Of a DNA stretch of 32,000 nucleotides, positions 27,583-32,000 are shown piece after piece (the first letter of the stretch is position 1; each line of letters begins with the position of its first letter). Position numbers and translations under genes: made by a program. The DNA comes from Opitutales bacterium (lineage in GTDB: Bacteria > Verrucomicrobiota > Verrucomicrobiia > Opitutales > Coraliomargaritaceae). The DNA lies in assembly GCA_049606355.1 (NCBI GenBank), contig JBMYVL010000001.1:60001-92000 (forward strand), given 5' to 3'. Below the pieces are notes generated by a model. It had not been told where the DNA came from. It made no database searches and saw only the letters and a list, made by a program, of their open reading frames with translations.

Positions 27583-28350
27583 TCAAGCAGGCAGCGCAGC
27601 TTCGAATGCGGCAATATCCTCAGGAGTATCGATACCGACGGTCGGCTGCTCGGTGATGCCGACGTGAATTTTATAACCATGCTCAAGGGCACGCAACTGC
27701 TCGAGTTTCTCGATTCGCTCGTAAAGACCAGGCTCAAGCTCCGCAAAGGCCGAGAGAAACTCCGCATCGTAGGCATATAAGCCGAGGTGGCGATAGCAGG
27801 GATGCGCGCTCAGCCAGGCGGCATCGATGACTCCACCCGCGTCACGCGCGCTCGGAATGGGCGCACGCGAAAAGTATAAGGCATAGCCGCGACGGTCGCG
27901 GACGACTTTGACTTGGTTGGGGTTGGCAAAATCTGCTGCCGATTTAAATGGAATCGCGAGGGTCGACAGCGCGGCTTCACCGTTTAGACCTGCCGCCAAA
28001 GCACGGATCTGCGCACCCGTCACCAGCGGTTCGTCGCCTTGCACATTAATCACTGCAGCAGCGCCAATCTCACGGTTGGCCTCCGCGAGTCGGTCGGTAC
28101 CACTGGGATGGTCGGGGCGTGTTCGCACTGCAGCGTAGCCTGCGGATTCAAGACAGTTTGCCAGCTCAGCATCATCCACCGCAAAATAGAGCGGAAACTC
28201 GGGGGCCTCGGCTCGGATACGTTCGGCTGTCCACACAAGGATTGGTTTGCCCTGCACTTCATGAAGTAACTTTCGGGGAAAACGAGTCGAAGCGAGACGA
28301 GCCGGAACAATTATACAGGGTGATTTTGACATATCCGTCTTCATCATCAT
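27583..28350 (-). CDS. kdsB: 3-deoxy-manno-octulosonate cytidylyltransferase (CMP-KDO synthetase)
   Basis: Motifs [25 protein letters not shown] and RHLGLYAY are present. The start is ambiguous: an ATG triplet run at 28350, or the ATG at 28332 giving [12 protein letters not shown]. Confidence 0.9.
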   Translation of the reverse strand: MMMKTDMSKSPCIIVPARLASTRFPRKLLHEVQGKPILVWTAERIRAEAPEFPLYFAVDDAELANCLESAGYAAVRTRPDHPSGTDRLAEANREIGAAAVINVQGDEPLVTGAQIRALAAGLNGEAALSTLAIPFKSAADFANPNQVKVVRDRRGYALYFSRAPIPSARDAGGVIDAAWLSAHPCYRHLGLYAYDAEFLSAFAELEPGLYERIEKLEQLRALEHGYKIHVGITEQPTVGIDTPEDIAAFEAALPA

Positions 28351-28362
28351 GAAAGTTGCGCA

Positions 28363-28680
28363 ATGAACAAGGAAATCAGTGTCAATGAAGCCGCAAAATT
28401 AATGCAGGAGGATGAAGTGGCGTTTCTCGATGTGCGCGAACATGCGGAGGTGGCGATTTGTAAGATTAACGGGGCCTTACATATTCCGATGGCCGAAATT
28501 CCTGAACGGATCGAGTCCATGCCTCGCGATCGAAAACTCATTGTCTACTGCCACCATGGCATGCGTAGTCGCAGTGTAGTGGACTATCTGTGCGCAAAGG
28601 GGCTGGAGAACGTGATTAATATGACTGGCGGAATCCATACCTGGTCGCTCGAAGTTGATCCGCAGATGGCACAGTATTAG
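28363..28680 (+). CDS. Rhodanese-like domain protein (single-domain sulfurtransferase)
   Basis: 105 aa with the active-site loop CHHGMRSRS and the typical FLDVRE N-terminal motif. Confidence 0.85.
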   Translation: MNKEISVNEAAKLMQEDEVAFLDVREHAEVAICKINGALHIPMAEIPERIESMPRDRKLIVYCHHGMRSRSVVDYLCAKGLENVINMTGGIHTWSLEVDPQMAQY

Positions 28681-28709
28681 TTCGTGGCTACAGCTGACAC
28701 AGCCAGCGC

Positions 28710-29609
28710 TTAAAAGCTTTCGAGGGCTGAGGTTGGCAAGGGCTGCAAAACTCCGCGAAAAGGCACTTGTTGCGGCGGCGCTGGGGCATATTCGATCCGA
28801 ATGGGTCGAACCTCGTCCTGCAACGCATCCACAGCAGGCAATGGCGCCACTGCGGGCGCCCGCCGTCGCAAAATCCGCTGCATGCGCGATTCGATCGCCT
28901 GCTGCTGCGCCGCAGTCCAGTTCGCCGTCTTCATTCGCGCGGTGAATTCAATTATGGGCTCCTTCATTGCAGCCGTGGCATCGGAGAGCTCGATCGACGG
29001 CGCCTTAGCAAAACCGACTCCAGACAAGCGCTGCCCAGGAGTCACTTGGTAGCTGCGGCCACTAGCGTGGCGGAGGCTGAGCACCCCTTCACTGCATACG
29101 AAGATAAAATTATAATGCTGGTTCTTAGAATTGTAATTTATCTGCAGACTGACCAAGCCTTGCGTCACGGACACGCGTCCTAATGCTGTTTCAATAATTA
29201 TTTCGGACCCCTGCGCCTGCTCACGATTGTCCAGAATCAGCAGCCCCTCAAGGAGGTTGCCAATCATATAGCTCCGATCGTTCGTGCCCGAAGCAGCACT
29301 ACGGAACTGGTCGAAGCGCTCGATCGAAAACTGCCCGGCACCTGCAAAGTATCCGGCTACCGCGTTGGAGGCGCGTAGGTATATTGATTGGCCGCCCTGA
29401 TCCGCAATCAGCTTGACCAAACCCGAGGTGTAGACCGGGGCAGCCGCCACATCCAGACGCTGCCCGCCCAGCAACTCTACAGCCATGCCTCCCGTCGAAT
29501 CACTCAAGCAGAGCGCTCCTTGCCACCAGTCGTCAACCGCCCATCCGGATGGCGCAACGCCAACAAAAAGTAGTAGCGCGATCATCGGCTTCATCAGGTA
29601 CACCTTCAT
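28710..29609 (-). CDS. Secreted hypothetical protein (possible FecR-like beta-sandwich; Pro/Ala-rich C-terminus)
   Basis: 299 aa. The signal peptide is MKPMIALLLFVGVAPSGWA. The start overlaps the stop of the upstream Wzy_C/TPR gene as ATGA (29606-29609). There are no catalytic motifs. Segments such as LIADQGGQSIYLRASNAVAGYFAGAGQFSIERF loosely resemble the FecR pattern. Confidence 0.65.
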   Translation of the reverse strand: MKVYLMKPMIALLLFVGVAPSGWAVDDWWQGALCLSDSTGGMAVELLGGQRLDVAAAPVYTSGLVKLIADQGGQSIYLRASNAVAGYFAGAGQFSIERFDQFRSAASGTNDRSYMIGNLLEGLLILDNREQAQGSEIIIETALGRVSVTQGLVSLQINYNSKNQHYNFIFVCSEGVLSLRHASGRSYQVTPGQRLSGVGFAKAPSIELSDATAAMKEPIIEFTARMKTANWTAAQQQAIESRMQRILRRRAPAVAPLPAVDALQDEVRPIRIEYAPAPPQQVPFRGVLQPLPTSALESF

Positions 29610-31558
29610 AACATCAACAGTTTTTGCTGCAAGCGGCGTGCGGCCGCGTTTTGGGGGTTGATATCCAAGGCGCGCTGCACCGCGGTGATCGCTTCATCTC
29701 GACGCTCAGGGAAATGACTCATGAAAGCGGCCCATTGAAAATTTGCGTTGCTATTATTGGGGGCGAGTTCGACTGCCTTATTGAAGGCGTCCTCGGCAGC
29801 TTCAATCTCGCCACACAAGGCCTGCGCCACACCTAACTGGGCCCAAGCACGCCAATAGTGCTCGCCCAGTTGAGTGGCACGCGCTGCATAGCGCGTCGCC
29901 GCCTCGCCGATTTCTCGAGTCTGCGCGGGGGATTGATGTACCTTTAAGCTGTGCGCAACACTCAAACCAATCCAAGCATCTGCATTCTTGGGAGCCAACT
30001 GAGTCGCCCAGCTAAACTCTGTCAGGACTGACTCCAGCAAGGCTTGATTTCCGGAAATATGCGCTTGCTCCGCCACCAGTTGATCCAGGCGCTCTGCAGC
30101 GATCGATTCCAGTGCTTGCGACTCTAGTACAGTCCAGCTGCAGAGAGTAAAACTCAGACCGGCAAATAAACCGATCCCTGCATATGAAAATCGCATGCCG
30201 CGATGCTCTGGTAGACTGAGGCTGCGCGGGTAAGTCAGCTTGACTAAAATTGCGATAAAGAATGCCCCGTATAGAATCAACAACGGTGCGGTAGCCACAG
30301 CACACAGCATTCCACAAAGGAAAAAGACGATGCTACCGGATAGCCCGACGGACAAAAACAAGCGGTTCAATGGCATCACCTCACTGCGATGCCCCTTTAA
30401 TCGATAACGTACCGGCTCGTTGCGAGCCCTTCGCAAGGCTTGTTTTACGATCCGATACAGTGGCACGAAAAGAAGGGCACTCCCGAACAAACCGTATTCA
30501 ACCAATATTTGCAGGAAGTCGCTTTGCGGCGTCTCGACTTTCTGGGACAAGGCGAGGCGCGGGCTTTGCTCGAGTGCCACAGCAACGCTCCCTGCGCCCG
30601 TACCGCCGACCGGGTTAGCGGCAGCCAATTGCAACGATTCCTTCCACAAGGTCAGTTGAGAACTTAGGCCGCCATTGACAAAAGCGGCATCCCATCGCTC
30701 TGAAAAGCGCGGCGTGAAGAGGGCAAACAGGGAGGCCGTGCCGATTAGCACGACCGTCAAACTTAAGACCCAATACATACGCGACTTCGTACTCAAGAAA
30801 CAGAGCCGCGCCGTTAAGATAAAAATAGGGAGACACAACAAAATGCCCCAGAGGACCTGTGTCAGCAGTATACCCAACACGAACATCAACGCCAAGTACC
30901 CGGCAAGAACCCGCAAAACAAGCGGCAACCGTGGAACTGCCGCGACAATCGCCAAGCCCGGCAGCAAGCTTAATAAATAAACAGCTAAATGACTTGGCGC
31001 TGCAAATAACCCGGTTGCGCGCCCATGGTAGACTTCACTGAGCATCACAGCAGCCTTTCCTCGCACATCAACAAACACTGTGGGATCCTGAAAAAACTGC
31101 CCAAAGCCTACAGCGAGTGCAACAACCGCCGGCACCAGCACGGCAAGCAGTAAGCACAGGAGGTGCGCTCGTGTGCGCACATTGTTGACCGCGACCCACA
31201 GAAAGATGAATCCCTCCAGTGCATACACCACCGCGGACCAGCCGCGCCACTCCGCAGGGCTCCATAACCACGCACTCAGCGCGATCCATGCAATCAATGG
31301 CAGGAACCACAGTGGCGCCCGAATGAGCTGCGGGAGGCATTCACGATTCACCGCCAGCCATAAGCCGTGGAGCAACAAAAGCACTCCGAAAAGTGGCAAC
31401 ACGAACAGGTGAGAATCCGCACGCACCCCACCGAGCGACAGTGCCATTTGAATCACGATGGCTGCAAGGCAGAAGGTTACCAGCCAATCGACTAGGTTCG
31501 CCCAAGAGACGCGTCCATAGTAGGCGATACTACCTGATTTATCAATGAGGGGTGCCAT
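29606..31558 (-). CDS. O-antigen ligase (Wzy_C) family membrane protein with C-terminal TPR domain
   Basis: 650 aa with about 12 hydrophobic segments. A Wzy_C-type loop motif PQSDFLQILVEYGLFGSALLF is present. The C-terminal ~170 aa are soluble TPR repeats (AWIGLSVAH..., AWAQLGVAQALCGEIEAAEDAFNKAVELAPNN, ...ALDINPQN). Confidence 0.8.
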   Translation of the reverse strand: MAPLIDKSGSIAYYGRVSWANLVDWLVTFCLAAIVIQMALSLGGVRADSHLFVLPLFGVLLLLHGLWLAVNRECLPQLIRAPLWFLPLIAWIALSAWLWSPAEWRGWSAVVYALEGFIFLWVAVNNVRTRAHLLCLLLAVLVPAVVALAVGFGQFFQDPTVFVDVRGKAAVMLSEVYHGRATGLFAAPSHLAVYLLSLLPGLAIVAAVPRLPLVLRVLAGYLALMFVLGILLTQVLWGILLCLPIFILTARLCFLSTKSRMYWVLSLTVVLIGTASLFALFTPRFSERWDAAFVNGGLSSQLTLWKESLQLAAANPVGGTGAGSVAVALEQSPRLALSQKVETPQSDFLQILVEYGLFGSALLFVPLYRIVKQALRRARNEPVRYRLKGHRSEVMPLNRLFLSVGLSGSIVFFLCGMLCAVATAPLLILYGAFFIAILVKLTYPRSLSLPEHRGMRFSYAGIGLFAGLSFTLCSWTVLESQALESIAAERLDQLVAEQAHISGNQALLESVLTEFSWATQLAPKNADAWIGLSVAHSLKVHQSPAQTREIGEAATRYAARATQLGEHYWRAWAQLGVAQALCGEIEAAEDAFNKAVELAPNNSNANFQWAAFMSHFPERRDEAITAVQRALDINPQNAAARRLQQKLLML

Positions 31559-31778
31559 GGGCTCAGAAAGCGATTGAAGCTATCGAAAGTTCTGTAGGGT
31601 TACGGAACTTACTGGGGTAAACGATCGAATAAAACACCTAGATACACAGCGGCAAATCGTGTGCAATGAAGAAAACCCACGGCAGCTCCAGAAATGTATC
31701 GAAGTTTATTGATGCACGCGCTGTATCTGTAGCCTTGTCTAAGCTTACGAGCAGCCTGTAGTTTGCCCGCAGTAATCA

Positions 31779-32000
31779 ATGAAACCATTTATTCTAACCT
31801 CCGGTACCCTTGTCCTACTGATTGCATTGGGCCTACGCGGCTACTTTGCGCTCGTGCCTCCGCCAGCGCCAACGCTGACTGGTTACCTCGCCGACATTCT
31901 TCCGGAGACTCTGGCTGGCTGGAAGATCCAAGATCATGATATGGCCGACTCGCCGGAGTCGAGTGCACGAATCTCCGAGTTTCTTAATTTCGACGATGCA
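31779..32000 (+). CDS. Possible exosortase-associated EpsI-family protein, N-terminal 74 codons (runs off the right edge)
   Basis: An open frame runs from the ATG at 31779 to the window end. The translation is MKPFILTSGTLVLLIALGLRGYFALVPPPAPTLTGYLADILPETLAGWKIQDHDMADSPESSARISEFLNFDDA. The N-terminal TM segment followed by an lP..l.GW...d......e....L.fDD pattern matches my recollection of EpsI-family N-termini. Confidence 0.45.
   Translation, partial: MKPFILTSGTLVLLIALGLRGYFALVPPPAPTLTGYLADILPETLAGWKIQDHDMADSPESSARISEFLNFDDA

Noticed and set aside
27552-27776. N-terminal extensions in ORF-track models. Examples: trpB to 27776, rnpA to 6583, yidD to 6161, KS from 21206, ACP from 22491, HIT to 24714, nrdR to 25668.
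   Set aside because: The extensions overlap neighbouring genes or add non-homologous sequence ahead of canonical family N-termini. Internal ATGs restore typical lengths and canonical first motifs.
28333-28362. Only 12 bp between the divergent kdsB (28350) and rhodanese (28363) start codons.
   Set aside because: This is most simply explained by start-codon ambiguity. A kdsB start at 28332 gives the canonical N-terminus. Promoters embedded in neighbouring coding sequence are not unusual.
31592-31761. Hexamer CTGTAG occurring three times (31592, 31727, 31756), and a 31-codon ORF (31666-31761, MKKTHGSSRNVSKFIDARAVSVALSKLTSSL) in the divergent spacer before the EpsI-like gene.
   Set aside because: The 29 nt spacing between the two proximal copies is not helically phased. 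I cannot compute significance. The small ORF has no Shine-Dalgarno sequence, no hydrophobic or PEP-CTERM-like feature and no other support. It is worth re-examining only if conserved in relatives.

Overview
This window looks like ordinary chromosomal DNA from a moderately GC-rich Gram-negative bacterium. The gene content loosely suggests a PVC/Verrucomicrobia-type organism: RRM RNA-binding protein, lone HPr, EpsI-like protein, OleC-like ligase. That taxonomic guess is inference only. I can support about 34 protein-coding genes, 1 tRNA, 2 rho-independent terminators and a few weak operator candidates.

Gene order from left to right:
- A minus-strand block: 5' part of an OleC-like AMP-ligase, a TonB-dependent receptor, then yebC, yidC, yidD, rnpA and rpmH.
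- A lone pilC/gspF-type platform gene, a tRNA with anticodon CAT, an RRM protein, an MsbA-like ABC exporter and a lone ptsH.
- A TetR-regulated RND efflux operon (OMF-MFP-RND) followed by a secreted TPR protein.
- metX-metW and galE.
- A small ketosynthase / ACP / phytoene-desaturase-family flavoenzyme cluster.
- A HIT protein, an unknown 167-aa protein and nrdR.
- trpG, trpB and kdsB, then a rhodanese.
- An envelope locus: an unknown secreted protein, an O-antigen-ligase-like protein with a TPR tail, and a divergent EpsI-like gene cut off at the right edge.

I see no CRISPR array, transposase, integrase, phage genes or recognisable defence system. I cannot demonstrate a clearly novel system. 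The best candidates for follow-up are the KS-ACP-flavoenzyme lipid cluster, the Wzy_C/TPR + secreted protein + EpsI-like locus, the uncharacterised ORF translationally overlapping nrdR, and the OleC-like gene at the left edge.

All family calls come from reading motifs in the translations by eye. No database search was run.
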